From positions 575,316 through 639,315 of the forward strand of contig OX638350.1 of NCBI GenBank assembly GCA_951813325.1: a stretch of DNA of 64,000 bases. Reading direction: 5' to 3'. Positions 9,717 to 19,535 of this stretch are shown here, one piece after another. The translations under genes were made by a program, and so were the position numbers. Within the stretch, counting starts at the first letter, position 1, and each line of letters starts with the position of its first letter. Below the pieces are notes generated by a model. It did not search any database. It was not told the DNA's origin and saw nothing but the letters and a program-made list of their open reading frames with translations. The DNA is from an uncultured Acidimicrobiales bacterium. GTDB lineage: Bacteria > Actinomycetota > Acidimicrobiia > Acidimicrobiales > Bin134.

Positions 9717-10817
9717 ATGACGAGACGACTTGCTCGCAGACTGTGGCTGCTGGCGGCACTGATGTCGGTGCTGGCCCTGATGGCTGCTGGGTGCGGCAAC
9801 GACGACGATAGCGACGAGTCCGCTGTTGATCCGGCTCTCTTGGAGACCTTTGACGCTGACGGTGACGGTACGCTCACCATCGGCGTGGCCGCCGCTGGCC
9901 CCCGCGACGATCAGGGCTACTACCAGGCGCTGGTGGACTTCGCCGAGGAGTTCTCGGCCGAAAACGGGTTCGCCCCGCCCATCGTGAGCGACAACATCGG
10001 CGCGGCCGAGGCTGCCCAGGCCATGTCCGATCTGGCCGAACAGGGGGTGGACGTGATCTTGGTTGGGGCCAGCGAGATCGCCGAGCCATTGGCCGACCTC
10101 ACCGAGCAGTATCCCGACATCTTCTGGTACTGCAACTGCGGAGCCGGCTTCCCGGAGACTCCGGGGCTAGCCCAAGCTACTGACTGGGGCGCTCCCATCC
10201 ATTTCACCGCGGGCGTGGCCATGGGTGCGGCGTTGAAGGACCATGGCGGGGATACCGCGGTGTTCTTGGGCTGCTGCGACCTCGGCTTCGAGAAGGAGGC
10301 CTACAACGCCACCGTGTACGGTCTCCAATCGGTGGACCCGTCGTTCACTATGGAGTACGTGGCCACCGGCGCTTTCCCGTTCGACTTCGACAACTCGGCC
10401 AATGCCACCGCCGCGCTCACCAACGCCATCGCCGAAGGCGCCACCTTGGTCTATGCCTATCTGGGCGGGGCGCTGAACCCGGTAGGCCAGTTGGCCACTG
10501 ACGAGGGGATCGCAGTGTTCGCAGCCGGTCCTGGCGACATCTGCTCTCGCGATGACGGGATCAACTGGACAGGCACCATCGTGTTCGATGCTGGACGCTA
10601 CGCCCGGCTCGTGCTGCCGTTGATTCTCGACGGCACGCTGGCCGAAGGCGGTACGTACCAGTTCCCAACCGAACAGGGTCTCAACGGCGGCGAGTTGTGC
10701 GATCCCTCGTCGGAAGCGGAAACACTGCTGGCCGATTCCTTCGAGGCTGCTACCACCGACGGCGAGCTGCTCGGCGTGCTCGGCGGAATTTCCGGGGCCG
10801 CCTACGGCGGCGGGTGA
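9717..10817 (+). CDS. BMP-family (PnrA/Med-like) ABC transporter substrate-binding lipoprotein
   Basis: Signal peptide with lipobox LMAAGCG. GGAGG-like RBS. Followed by the matching two-domain ATPase and two permeases. Confidence 0.8.
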   Translation: MTRRLARRLWLLAALMSVLALMAAGCGNDDDSDESAVDPALLETFDADGDGTLTIGVAAAGPRDDQGYYQALVDFAEEFSAENGFAPPIVSDNIGAAEAAQAMSDLAEQGVDVILVGASEIAEPLADLTEQYPDIFWYCNCGAGFPETPGLAQATDWGAPIHFTAGVAMGAALKDHGGDTAVFLGCCDLGFEKEAYNATVYGLQSVDPSFTMEYVATGAFPFDFDNSANATAALTNAIAEGATLVYAYLGGALNPVGQLATDEGIAVFAAGPGDICSRDDGINWTGTIVFDAGRYARLVLPLILDGTLAEGGTYQFPTEQGLNGGELCDPSSEAETLLADSFEAATTDGELLGVLGGISGAAYGGG

Positions 10818-12430
10818 TCGACGCAACGACCCAATTGGCAGGTGCCGGGGGGTCTGGCCCCTCGGTGCCTGTGGTCGAACTCATCGGCATCACCAAGCGC
10901 TTCGGGGGGATCGTCGCCTGCGATCAAGTCGACTTGACCCTGTACCGGAGCCGTATCCACGGCATCTTGGGCGAGAACGGGGCGGGCAAGTCCACGCTCA
11001 TGAAGGTGCTGATCGGGCTGGTACTGCCCGACGCGGGCTCGATCCGCATCGACGGCCGGCCCTGCACCATCCACGACCCGCTAGCCGCCGCGGAATTGGG
11101 CATTGCCATGGTTCACCAGCACTTCAGCCTGGTCGACCAGCTCACTGTGTGGGAGAACGTCGCCCTCGGTGAGGCTGGCCGGCTCAAGTCGGCTGGTGTG
11201 CGCGACCGGGTGGCGGCCATCAGCCGGCAGTATGGCTTGGAGGTCGATCCCGACGCCCAGGTTGGCAGCCTGACCGCTGGGTTGCGGCAACGAGTGGAGA
11301 TCATCAAATGCCTGCGACGCGACCCCCACATCCTGGTGTTCGACGAGCCTACGTCGGTGCTCACTCCCGAGGAGTCGGAGCAGTTGTTCGACACTCTGCG
11401 AGAGGTGGTCGCTGCCGAAGAGCGAGCCGTCGTTCTGGTCAGCCACAAGCTCGACGAGGTACTGCACGCCACCGACGAGATCACCATTATGCGCCAAGGC
11501 CGGATTGTGGATCGCAGGCCCACCCAAGAGGCCGATGTCCGCAGCCTGGCCCGGGCCATGGTGGGTCGAGAGGTGTCGCTGCGCTCGGAGCGGGCTGCCT
11601 TCGGCCTTGCTGAGATCGAGGAGGCAGACCGGGAACCTGATGGCGGCGGTGAGGACAGGCAGTCGGCGGAAACGACGAAATCAGATGAGCCGGCATTGCG
11701 GATCGAAGGAGTCATGGTAAAGGGGCGGGGCGGGGCCCGCCTGCTGGACGACATCAGCCTGGATCTTGGAGCGGGCGAGATCGTGGGTGTAGCCGGGGTG
11801 GAAGGGAATGGTCAGCGAACCCTGGGCGACCTGCTGTCCAGCTTGGTGCCTCTGGATGCTGGTCGAGTGGTGGTGAACGGCGAGGGGGTGTCCACCGGCT
11901 CGCCCGGTGCCATGGCCAAGGCCGGGGTGGCGGTGATCCCCGAAGACCGGCATGACTCCGGTGTGGTGCTGGACATGACCGTGGCCGAGAACCTGCTCAT
12001 GGTGGACCCTCACCGGGCGGCCCGCCACGGTGTCATGGACAAGCGGACGGTGACTGGGATCGCCCAGCAGATGATCGACGAGTTCGATATCGGCTGCTCC
12101 GGGCCCGACGCCCCCCTGTGGTCGCTGTCGGGCGGCAACCAGCAGCGGGTGGTGCTGGCCCGGGAGCTGGCCGCTGAGCCCGATGTGCTGGTGGCCGCTC
12201 AGCCCACCCGGGGGCTCGATGTAGGGGCCATCGAGTACATGACCGATCGGCTGCGCCAAACTGCCATTGGCGGAGTGGCCGTGCTGCTGATCTCCAGCGA
12301 GCTGGAGGAGATCCTCGAATTGGCCGACCGGATCGTGGTGATGTCCCGGGGCCGGGTGGTTGGTGAGCTGTCCCGGGCCGAAGCCACTCTCGAAACTCTC
12401 GGCCTGTTGATGGGTGGTAGCGCGGCGTGA
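10814..12430 (+). CDS. ABC transporter ATP-binding protein, duplicated ATPase domains
   Basis: Walker A GENGAGKST and GVEGNGQRT, signature LSGGNQQR. GTG 10814 overlaps the stop of the binding-protein gene. Confidence 0.9.
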   Translation: MIDATTQLAGAGGSGPSVPVVELIGITKRFGGIVACDQVDLTLYRSRIHGILGENGAGKSTLMKVLIGLVLPDAGSIRIDGRPCTIHDPLAAAELGIAMVHQHFSLVDQLTVWENVALGEAGRLKSAGVRDRVAAISRQYGLEVDPDAQVGSLTAGLRQRVEIIKCLRRDPHILVFDEPTSVLTPEESEQLFDTLREVVAAEERAVVLVSHKLDEVLHATDEITIMRQGRIVDRRPTQEADVRSLARAMVGREVSLRSERAAFGLAEIEEADREPDGGGEDRQSAETTKSDEPALRIEGVMVKGRGGARLLDDISLDLGAGEIVGVAGVEGNGQRTLGDLLSSLVPLDAGRVVVNGEGVSTGSPGAMAKAGVAVIPEDRHDSGVVLDMTVAENLLMVDPHRAARHGVMDKRTVTGIAQQMIDEFDIGCSGPDAPLWSLSGGNQQRVVLARELAAEPDVLVAAQPTRGLDVGAIEYMTDRLRQTAIGGVAVLLISSELEEILELADRIVVMSRGRVVGELSRAEATLETLGLLMGGSAA

Positions 12431-13518
12431 CGAGAGGAGCTCGCTTGGCCGAGTGGGTCGTGCTCTATGCGCTCAGCGTTGCCGTGGCCCTTGCCCTGTC
12501 CAGCGTGATTGTGGAGGCCACCGGGGGTGACTGGTGGCCGGTGGTGGAGGCCTTGGTGGATGGCAGCATCAAGGCCCCCGGCCGCTGGGGCGAGACCCTG
12601 GGAGTGGCCGCCCCCTTGCTGTTGGTGGCGTTGGGCACGGTGATCTCGGCCAAGGCCGGGCTTATCAACATCGGCCAAGAAGGCCAGTTGCTGGTCGGCG
12701 CGGCGGTCGCCGTTTACTTCAGCTTCCTGATTGGCGGTCCCGGCCCGCTGAATGTGGTGGTGCTGCTGCTGTTCGGTGCATTGGGCGGGGCCGTGTGGGC
12801 TTCGTTGGCCGGACTGCTGCGCTTCTGGCGAGGGGTGCCTGAGGTCTTGAGCACCCTGCTGTTGGTGTTTGTGGCCACGCAGGCCGTGGGATACGGCTTG
12901 AAGTGGCAGTGGCTTCTGCTGGCTGATGAGGCCAGCCGCGGCAATCGCAATCTGGTGAGCGAGCAATTGGCCACCGACAACCGGATTCCCCGTCCCGATG
13001 TGTTCGGCAATGAGTTCCCCGTCACTGCCTATGTGGCGTTGGCGCTGGCTTTGGCGGTGGCCTACGTGCTGGCCCGCACGGTGTGGGGCTTTCGGCTGCG
13101 GATGCTGGGCCACAACCCCCGAGCCGCCCAGCGATCCGGGGTGTCGTCCACCACCTATGGCGCCACTGCGCTGGCCATCGGCGGGGCCTTCGCCGGACTG
13201 GCCGGGGCGGCCATGCTCGCAGGAGGCGGATTCTCTTTCGGCAACTACCGGCTGGTGCCCGGCTTCTCTGACAACATCGGGTGGACCGGCCTCTTGGTGG
13301 CCCTCATGGCCCGGGAGCGGGCGCTGCCCGCGGTGGTGGCCGCGTTCGTGTTCGCCGGACTGCGGACCGGGGCGGGGTTTGTAAACAGCACTGGCGTGGA
13401 GAGCCGAATCACCGATGTCGTGCAGGGCCTCTTGGTTCTGGCCTTGCTGGTTCCCCCCGCGGTGATCTTCCTGCGGGATCGGCGCCGGGCTCGGGCCGCG
13501 GCCACGGAGAGGGTGTAA
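12427..13518 (+). CDS. ABC transporter permease
   Basis: Multiple hydrophobic segments. GTGA overlap with the ATPase gene. Confidence 0.85.
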   Translation: MTRGARLAEWVVLYALSVAVALALSSVIVEATGGDWWPVVEALVDGSIKAPGRWGETLGVAAPLLLVALGTVISAKAGLINIGQEGQLLVGAAVAVYFSFLIGGPGPLNVVVLLLFGALGGAVWASLAGLLRFWRGVPEVLSTLLLVFVATQAVGYGLKWQWLLLADEASRGNRNLVSEQLATDNRIPRPDVFGNEFPVTAYVALALALAVAYVLARTVWGFRLRMLGHNPRAAQRSGVSSTTYGATALAIGGAFAGLAGAAMLAGGGFSFGNYRLVPGFSDNIGWTGLLVALMARERALPAVVAAFVFAGLRTGAGFVNSTGVESRITDVVQGLLVLALLVPPAVIFLRDRRRARAAATERV

Positions 13519-13522
13519 TGCC

Positions 13523-14461
13523 GTGCTGATCGACTTCTTCGCCGCGGTAGGCGACGTGCTGTCCAGCGAGTCCACCTATATCAACGGCGCGCTGTTCGCC
13601 GCGCTGCTGGCTTTTGCCGCCACTGGCGAGTGGGTGGCTGAGCGGTCGGGCACGTTGAACATCTCGGTCGAGGGAATGCTGCTGAGCGGGGCGTTTGCCG
13701 GCGCGCTCGGCTACCACCTGGCTGAGTCAGTGGCGGTGGGATTGGTGTTCGGCGCGGTCGGCGGGTTGGTCATAGCCGCGGTGCAAGCCGAGATGAGCCA
13801 TCGCCTCACCGCCGATCAGTTCGTGGTCGGCCTCACCCTCAACATCTTGATTGTCGGGCTCACCGGGTTCTTAGACCGAGAGATCGACCCTCGGGCCGAC
13901 TACGCCTCAGAAGTGGAGATACCCATCTTGGTGGACGTCCCCCTGTTCGGGAAGGCCCTGTTCGGAGAGCCGTGGCCGTTCTACCTTCTCTACGGGCTAG
14001 TGCCGCTGTCGTGGTGGCTGGTGTATCGCACTCGGTGGGGATTGGAGTTGCGGGCCGCGGGGGAGAACCCCCAGTCGGCCGACGTGAGCGGCATCGACGT
14101 GAACCGGCGCCGCCGCCAGTCGATCTACTACGCCGGTCTGACCTCCGGGCTGGGCGGGGCCTACTTCTTGTTCGCTCGGCTGGCCACCTTCGATGACTCC
14201 GTCATCGGCGGCCAGGGGTTCATCGCCATTGCCGCGGTGATCTTCGGCGGTTGGACCCTGTGGGGCACCATGGCGGGTTGCGTCCTGTTCGCCGGCGCTC
14301 TGTCGTTCCAGTTGTCGCTGCAAGGTTTGGGCTATGAGCTCAACACCGAGCTGTTGCAGGCCCTGCCTTATCTGGTCACCATCGGGGCCATGGCCATCTT
14401 CGCCCGCTGGGTGCGTCCCCCCGCCGCCTTGGCCCGGCCGTTCATTCGCGGCCTGAAATAG
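13523..14461 (+). CDS. ABC transporter permease
   Basis: Polytopic membrane protein, second permease of the BMP-type system. Confidence 0.85.
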   Translation: MLIDFFAAVGDVLSSESTYINGALFAALLAFAATGEWVAERSGTLNISVEGMLLSGAFAGALGYHLAESVAVGLVFGAVGGLVIAAVQAEMSHRLTADQFVVGLTLNILIVGLTGFLDREIDPRADYASEVEIPILVDVPLFGKALFGEPWPFYLLYGLVPLSWWLVYRTRWGLELRAAGENPQSADVSGIDVNRRRRQSIYYAGLTSGLGGAYFLFARLATFDDSVIGGQGFIAIAAVIFGGWTLWGTMAGCVLFAGALSFQLSLQGLGYELNTELLQALPYLVTIGAMAIFARWVRPPAALARPFIRGLK

Positions 14462-14487
14462 GTGGGCTGAGACAGAGGAGTGCGGCG

Positions 14488-15522
14488 ATGAAGGTGATGC
14501 GATACCACGAACCGGGCGGTCCAGAGGTGCTCTGTTACGAGGAGGTGCCCGATCCCGAGCCCGGTCCGGTGGACGTAGTGGTGGATGTGGTGGCCACTGC
14601 GCTCAATCGGTTGGATGTGGTGCAGCGCAATGGCTGGTTCGCCATGCCCGGCTTAACCCTCCCCCATATTGCGGGCATGGACGTTGCCGGGGTGGTGTCG
14701 GAGGTCGGCGCCGAAGTGGATGGGGTGGCCGTCGGCGACCGGGTGGTGGTGGATCCGTCGCTGGCCGGGGTGGACGATAGATCCAGGCTGGGGGGCCGGG
14801 GCGACTTGTACGGCGAGTTGGGCATCATCGGCGGCACCGTCGACGGGGGCTACGCGGAGCGGTGCCTGGTGCCGGCGTCGCATGTCTACCCGGTGCCCCA
14901 CGCCATGTCGCTGGCAACCGCGGCCGCCTTCCCTACCTGCTACCTCACTGCCGCTCATGGGCTGTTCGCGGTGGGCGGGCTGACCGCGGGTGAGACGGTG
15001 ATGATCCACGCCGCCGGATCGGGCGTGTCGGTGGCCGGCATCCAGTTGGCGCTCAACGCCGGGGCCACCGTCTTGGCCACCGCGGGCGCCGACGAGAAGT
15101 GCGAGCAAGCCTTGGAGCTGGGAGCAGCCCATGTGCTCAACAACCGAACCGGCGACATGGCCGCCTGGGCCCGGGAGCTGACATCCGGAGCCGGGGTAGA
15201 CATGGTGTTCGACCATGTGGGCACCGCTTTGTTCGGCCCGTCGCTGTTCGCGCTGGGCATCGGCGGGCGGCTGGTGAACTGCGGCAACTCCTCGGGCGAC
15301 GAGGCCGTGATCCCGTCGTTGGGCTACGTGTTCCACTCCGGCATCAAGATCCTGGGGTCCGACCCCTACCGCCCCGAGGAGTTCGGCCCGGTGTGGGACA
15401 CCTTCTGCGGGGGCAGCTTCACCGCCGCCGTCGACTCGGTGTTCGATCTGGCCGACGCGGCCGAAGCCCAAGCCAAGATGCTGGCCAGCGACTTCTTCGG
15501 CAAGATCTTGCTGAAGCCCTGA
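14488..15522 (+). CDS. zinc-type alcohol dehydrogenase / quinone oxidoreductase (MDR superfamily)
   Basis: MKVMRYHEPGGPEVL, GMDVAGVV and the nucleotide fold HAAGSGVSVAGIQLA. Confidence 0.85.
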   Translation: MKVMRYHEPGGPEVLCYEEVPDPEPGPVDVVVDVVATALNRLDVVQRNGWFAMPGLTLPHIAGMDVAGVVSEVGAEVDGVAVGDRVVVDPSLAGVDDRSRLGGRGDLYGELGIIGGTVDGGYAERCLVPASHVYPVPHAMSLATAAAFPTCYLTAAHGLFAVGGLTAGETVMIHAAGSGVSVAGIQLALNAGATVLATAGADEKCEQALELGAAHVLNNRTGDMAAWARELTSGAGVDMVFDHVGTALFGPSLFALGIGGRLVNCGNSSGDEAVIPSLGYVFHSGIKILGSDPYRPEEFGPVWDTFCGGSFTAAVDSVFDLADAAEAQAKMLASDFFGKILLKP

Positions 15523-15551
15523 ACGGGATCAGAGCGTGATGCGGAGTTGAA

Positions 15552-16661
15552 ATGGCTGATTCCCCGTATCCCGAGCTGAAGAAATCCCACGTCCCCGAGC
15601 GGGTGGGCCGTCCCTGGACCGACTACAAGCCCCCGCCGTCAGCACCGGTGTGGGCTGTCATCGGTGGGTTCGGCTCGTTCCATGTGCTGGTCGCCGCTTT
15701 GGAGCTGGGGGTGTTCGACGTCTTGGCCAATCGGGGCGCCAACCCCGGCACCTCACCGGCGGCAACTGCCGCAGAGCTGGCTGACGAACTGGAAGTATCA
15801 GCCCCCCACCTGGAGGCGCTGCTCGACTCTCTAGCGGTGCTTGGTCTACTGGAGCGGGTTGGCGGACGGTATGGCCTGAACGACGCCGCGGCCCGCTATC
15901 TCACCACGGACGGGGCAGCTTCGATGGCCTCGCTGGTTCCGGTGGCTCCCGGCCCGCTGGAGAACTGGTCCCGGCTGGCCGACACCATCCGGGCCGGCCG
16001 CCCCGCCGACCCGATCGACGACAACCCGGCTGATTTCTACCGAGCCCTGGTCGAGGGCACGTTCACCACCGTGCTCCGGGCCGCCACCCGAGCCGATCTT
16101 CAGGTCCGCTACAGCGCCATGGACAGCCCCCGAGTGCTGGACCTGGGGGCGGGCGGTGCGCCGTGGGCTATCGCCGTGCTCAAGGCCTGTCCCGGGGGTA
16201 CCGCGGTGGTCAACGACCTAGCCGGGATAATCGACGTGGCCCGGCGCACCACCGCTGAGCATGGAGTGGCCGACCGGTGCGAGTTCCGCTCCGGCGACTT
16301 CCACGGTATCCACATCGAGCCCGAGGGCTACGACGTCGTGGTGCTGGGACACGTGTGCCGCACCGAGGGCCCCGACGGCACCCGCCGCCTGATCGAGCGA
16401 GCGTGGGAGGCGTTGCGCCCCGAGGGACGGCTGTTGCTGGCCGACTATTTCGTGGCCCCCGAGCCCCAGTGGAGCCCCCACAGCGTGCTCATGGGCATGA
16501 CCATGATGGCCGGCACCGTCAACGGCTTCGGTATCACCGCCGCCCAGACCGCCGCCTGGCTGCAAGATGCCGGCTTCGAGGCTCTGCGCCTCATCGAGCC
16601 CATCGGCCACCAGCACGCATTTCTTGCGTGTAAACCACGCCCTTCTGGAGGAACAAAATGA
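15552..16661 (+). CDS. class I SAM-dependent O-methyltransferase with N-terminal dimerisation/winged-helix domain
   Basis: SAM motif VLDLGAGGAPWAIAVL with a downstream acidic loop. About 370 aa, like small-molecule OMTs. Confidence 0.75.
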   Translation: MADSPYPELKKSHVPERVGRPWTDYKPPPSAPVWAVIGGFGSFHVLVAALELGVFDVLANRGANPGTSPAATAAELADELEVSAPHLEALLDSLAVLGLLERVGGRYGLNDAAARYLTTDGAASMASLVPVAPGPLENWSRLADTIRAGRPADPIDDNPADFYRALVEGTFTTVLRAATRADLQVRYSAMDSPRVLDLGAGGAPWAIAVLKACPGGTAVVNDLAGIIDVARRTTAEHGVADRCEFRSGDFHGIHIEPEGYDVVVLGHVCRTEGPDGTRRLIERAWEALRPEGRLLLADYFVAPEPQWSPHSVLMGMTMMAGTVNGFGITAAQTAAWLQDAGFEALRLIEPIGHQHAFLACKPRPSGGTK

Positions 16662-18046
16662 CCGAGCACATCGACACACTGATCAAGGGCTGGTACGTGG
16701 TCACCATGAACCCGACCCGCGACGTTGTTCGCCACGGCGCGGTGGCCATCCGGGACAACCAGATCGTCGACGTGGGCAAAGCATCCGACCTGGAGGCTCG
16801 CTATCAGGCCGCCGAGACGGTGGGCGGCGACCGGTTCGTGGTCACGCCGGGCCTGGTCAACACCCACATCCACATCACCGGCGAGCCCCTCACCCGGGGC
16901 TACGTCCCCGACGACACCCCGTTCGAGGAGAATGTGTTCCAATGGCTGTGCCCGCTCTATTCGGTGTACACCGCCCAGGAGGAGCGCCTGTCGGGCCAGC
17001 TCGCCGCAGTGGAGATGCTCAAGTCGGGCACTACCTGCTTTCTGGAAGCGGGCACCATCCGATTCGTCGACGAGGTGATGGACGGTCTGGCTGAAGCCGG
17101 AATCCGGGGCCGGATCGGCAAGTGGGTGTGGGACCTGCCCCCTGAGCCCAGCGTGTACCGCCAGGACACCGACGAGGCCATCGCCAACTTGCGGGATACC
17201 GTCGAGCGTTTCCGAGGCACTGCCGGGGGACGACTGGGAGCGTGGTCGATGGTGGTGGGCCACACCACCTGCTCCGATCCCCTCTGGCAGGCGGCCCGGG
17301 CGGCGGCTGACGAATTCCAGGTGGGGCTCAACTTTCACATGTCACCTGCCCGGCTCGACCCCGACAGCTTCATCGCCGCGTTCGGCCAGAGGCCCCTGGT
17401 CCATCTCGACGAGTTGGGGGTGCTGGGCGACGACACCTCCATCACCCACTGCGTGCATGTGGACCACCAGGAGATCCAGGTTCTGGCCGGGGCCGGATCG
17501 TCGGTGGTCCACTGTCCCACCACTGCGCTGAAGGTGGGCTACGGTGTGACCCAGATCGGAAAAATACCCGAGATGGTCACCGCCGGGGTGAACGTGAGCC
17601 TGGGCACCGACGGCAACAACGCCTCCAACTACTCCGATCTGATGCGGGCCGCCTATCTGGTGGCCGGGCTGTTCAAAGACGCCCGCATGGACCCCCAGAT
17701 GTTCCCCGCCGAGAAGGCTTACGAGATGGCCACCCTGGGCGGTGCCCGCACCATGCTGATGGAAGACCAGATCGGCTCGCTGGAGCCCGGCAAGCTGGCC
17801 GATGTGGTGCTGCACGACACCGACCGCCCCGAGTGGCGGCCGCTGTTGAACGTGATGAACCAGCTCGTGTGGTCGGCCGACGGCCGGGGCGTCCACACCG
17901 TGTTCGTGGACGGCCAAAAAGTGGTGGAGGCCGGTCGCATGACCACCATCGACGAAGACACCTTCTACGCCCGCTGCCAGCAGGCCGGTGAAGCGGTCGT
18001 GGCCCGCTCCGGCCTCCCCGACAAGGCCAAGTTCCCCATCTGGTAG
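16658..18046 (+). CDS. amidohydrolase_1 family (TRZ/ATZ, deaminase/chlorohydrolase-like)
   Basis: VNTHIHITGEP (HxH metal motif), later HCVH and GTDG. ATGA overlap with the OMT gene. Confidence 0.85.
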   Translation: MTEHIDTLIKGWYVVTMNPTRDVVRHGAVAIRDNQIVDVGKASDLEARYQAAETVGGDRFVVTPGLVNTHIHITGEPLTRGYVPDDTPFEENVFQWLCPLYSVYTAQEERLSGQLAAVEMLKSGTTCFLEAGTIRFVDEVMDGLAEAGIRGRIGKWVWDLPPEPSVYRQDTDEAIANLRDTVERFRGTAGGRLGAWSMVVGHTTCSDPLWQAARAAADEFQVGLNFHMSPARLDPDSFIAAFGQRPLVHLDELGVLGDDTSITHCVHVDHQEIQVLAGAGSSVVHCPTTALKVGYGVTQIGKIPEMVTAGVNVSLGTDGNNASNYSDLMRAAYLVAGLFKDARMDPQMFPAEKAYEMATLGGARTMLMEDQIGSLEPGKLADVVLHDTDRPEWRPLLNVMNQLVWSADGRGVHTVFVDGQKVVEAGRMTTIDEDTFYARCQQAGEAVVARSGLPDKAKFPIW

Positions 18047-18318
18047 GCCAGCTCGAATTGGTGACTCCTTTTTCGGCTCTATGCGTCGAAGCTCATCGGT
18101 GTGTCCTCCTCGATGAGTGGGTGAGTCTTCTCACCGAGGATCACACCGCTGGCCCCCTAGTGGTGGACCCCCTCGGCTACCCCAAACCCCACCACCTGAT
18201 GAGACGCCCCCCTGTTCATGTCGGCGGGGCGAGCGCAACCCTTAGCCCACGGCATCGAAGCAATTGGATTCAAGCTCGACCGGGCACATCACGCTCCGAG
18301 CCCGAGCGTCGTCGGGAT

Positions 18319-19524
18319 TCACCCCGCGGCGTGACCCTCCGGGAAGACGCCCACGTGGAGGTGATCGTGGTGAACCTCGTTGGTGAAGTTGTGCGCAACC
18401 GCGTCGTCGAACCGCCACGGACTTCCGAACTCTCTGATGTCGTGCCGCGACACCAGCCACTCGGATAGCGCATAGATCGATGACGTCGCGTCGTGCGAGT
18501 CGATTACCAGCTCCGAGTCCACTTTGTGGATGTCGACCGCCCGGCCCACCGTGTGATTGCTTAACCTGTCCGTTCCGAACACGTTGTGCGGGTGTCCCGT
18601 TTTCAACACGATGACGGAGTAGGGGGTTCGCTCGGCGATGTCGAGCATCGCCTCGAGGAGCGCATGATCGGTGTACCCGGAGTAGATGTCCCAGATCGCC
18701 GAATCGGGGAGATCGATTCGGGGATCGTCGACCACCGAGGCGGCGAGGGGGGAGAGGTCCGCAGGCCGTGCGACCGGCTGACCTCCGGCCGAAGCGAGCT
18801 CCTCGAACTCCCACGCACCCGAAGCGCCCCTCACAAGGCGCACGTCCATCGTCCGGGTCTCGGCCCGCTCGGCATCCGCTGTGCCCTCCCCACCCAGCTC
18901 CTGGTGGACCACGACCATTATCGAGATCCGGTCGTCAAGGTGACCGCCGAGTTGGGCGTACTCGATCGTGCCGCGTGACCACATCCCGGGGTGATGCACG
19001 GTCGCCGCCCCCCTCGCGAGCGCGTCGGCGCGAGCAGGATCTGCTGTCACGCCCGCCGCCAATTCAATCACCGACGAGTCCGGGCCGTAGTTCGTGATCT
19101 GGTGGGCCACCACGGCACCGAGCCGCTTGGCGTCGGCCTGCACCTCATTGGGCGAAGGCTCGAAATGGTCCGGGAATGGAGTAGGTGCAACTGGCGCCGC
19201 AGACACGTCCTCTGCCGGTTCGGTCGTCGTTGTGACCCCGTCGGCGGAAGGAACCCCGCTTTCCGCGACCTTGACGTCAGCGCCGATGTCAGCGCCGTCC
19301 GTCTCGTTCGGTGCCGGCACGTCGACCGCCCCGTCACCGTCGTCGGGAATGGCAGGAGCATCACTGTCGTCGGGAATGGCAGGAGCGTCACTGTCGTCGG
19401 GAATGGCAGGAGCGTCATCGTCTGCGGTGATCACCCTTTCGTAAAACAACAGGACGGAACTCGCGAAGAACAACGCAGCACCGGCCAGGGCGAGCCATTG
19501 TCGGAAGACGGAGGATCTCTTCAT
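18319..19524 (-). CDS. membrane-anchored LAS-family (peptidase M15/VanY-like) zinc peptidase
   Basis: N-terminal TM segment (LALAGAALFFASSVLLF). C-terminal H-x6-D (HTVGRAVD) and HxH (HDHLHV) zinc motifs. Start at MKRSSVF. Confidence 0.6.
   Translation of the reverse strand: MKRSSVFRQWLALAGAALFFASSVLLFYERVITADDDAPAIPDDSDAPAIPDDSDAPAIPDDGDGAVDVPAPNETDGADIGADVKVAESGVPSADGVTTTTEPAEDVSAAPVAPTPFPDHFEPSPNEVQADAKRLGAVVAHQITNYGPDSSVIELAAGVTADPARADALARGAATVHHPGMWSRGTIEYAQLGGHLDDRISIMVVVHQELGGEGTADAERAETRTMDVRLVRGASGAWEFEELASAGGQPVARPADLSPLAASVVDDPRIDLPDSAIWDIYSGYTDHALLEAMLDIAERTPYSVIVLKTGHPHNVFGTDRLSNHTVGRAVDIHKVDSELVIDSHDATSSIYALSEWLVSRHDIREFGSPWRFDDAVAHNFTNEVHHDHLHVGVFPEGHAAG
19339..19422 (-). repeat. 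27-bp in-frame tandem repeat x3 (DDSDAPAIP) inside the peptidase gene
   Basis: GTCGTCGGGAATGGCAGGAGC(A/G)TCACT is repeated three times on the plus strand. Confidence 0.85.
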
Positions 19525-19535
19525 GGCGCCGGCCG

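Noticed and set aside
12199-13575. 458-aa minus-strand ORF across the ABC permease genes
   Set aside because: Antisense to clear polytopic permease genes. The product is Gly/Arg/His/Pro-rich with no motifs.
18047-18318. 136-aa plus-strand ORF (18058-18468) and a possible small gene or RNA in the 270-nt gap after the amidohydrolase
   Set aside because: The ORF overlaps the peptidase gene's 3' end antisense and has no protein-like features. I saw only a short GGTGAG-TCTT-CTCACC hairpin (about 18118-18133), too weak to call a terminator or RNA gene.
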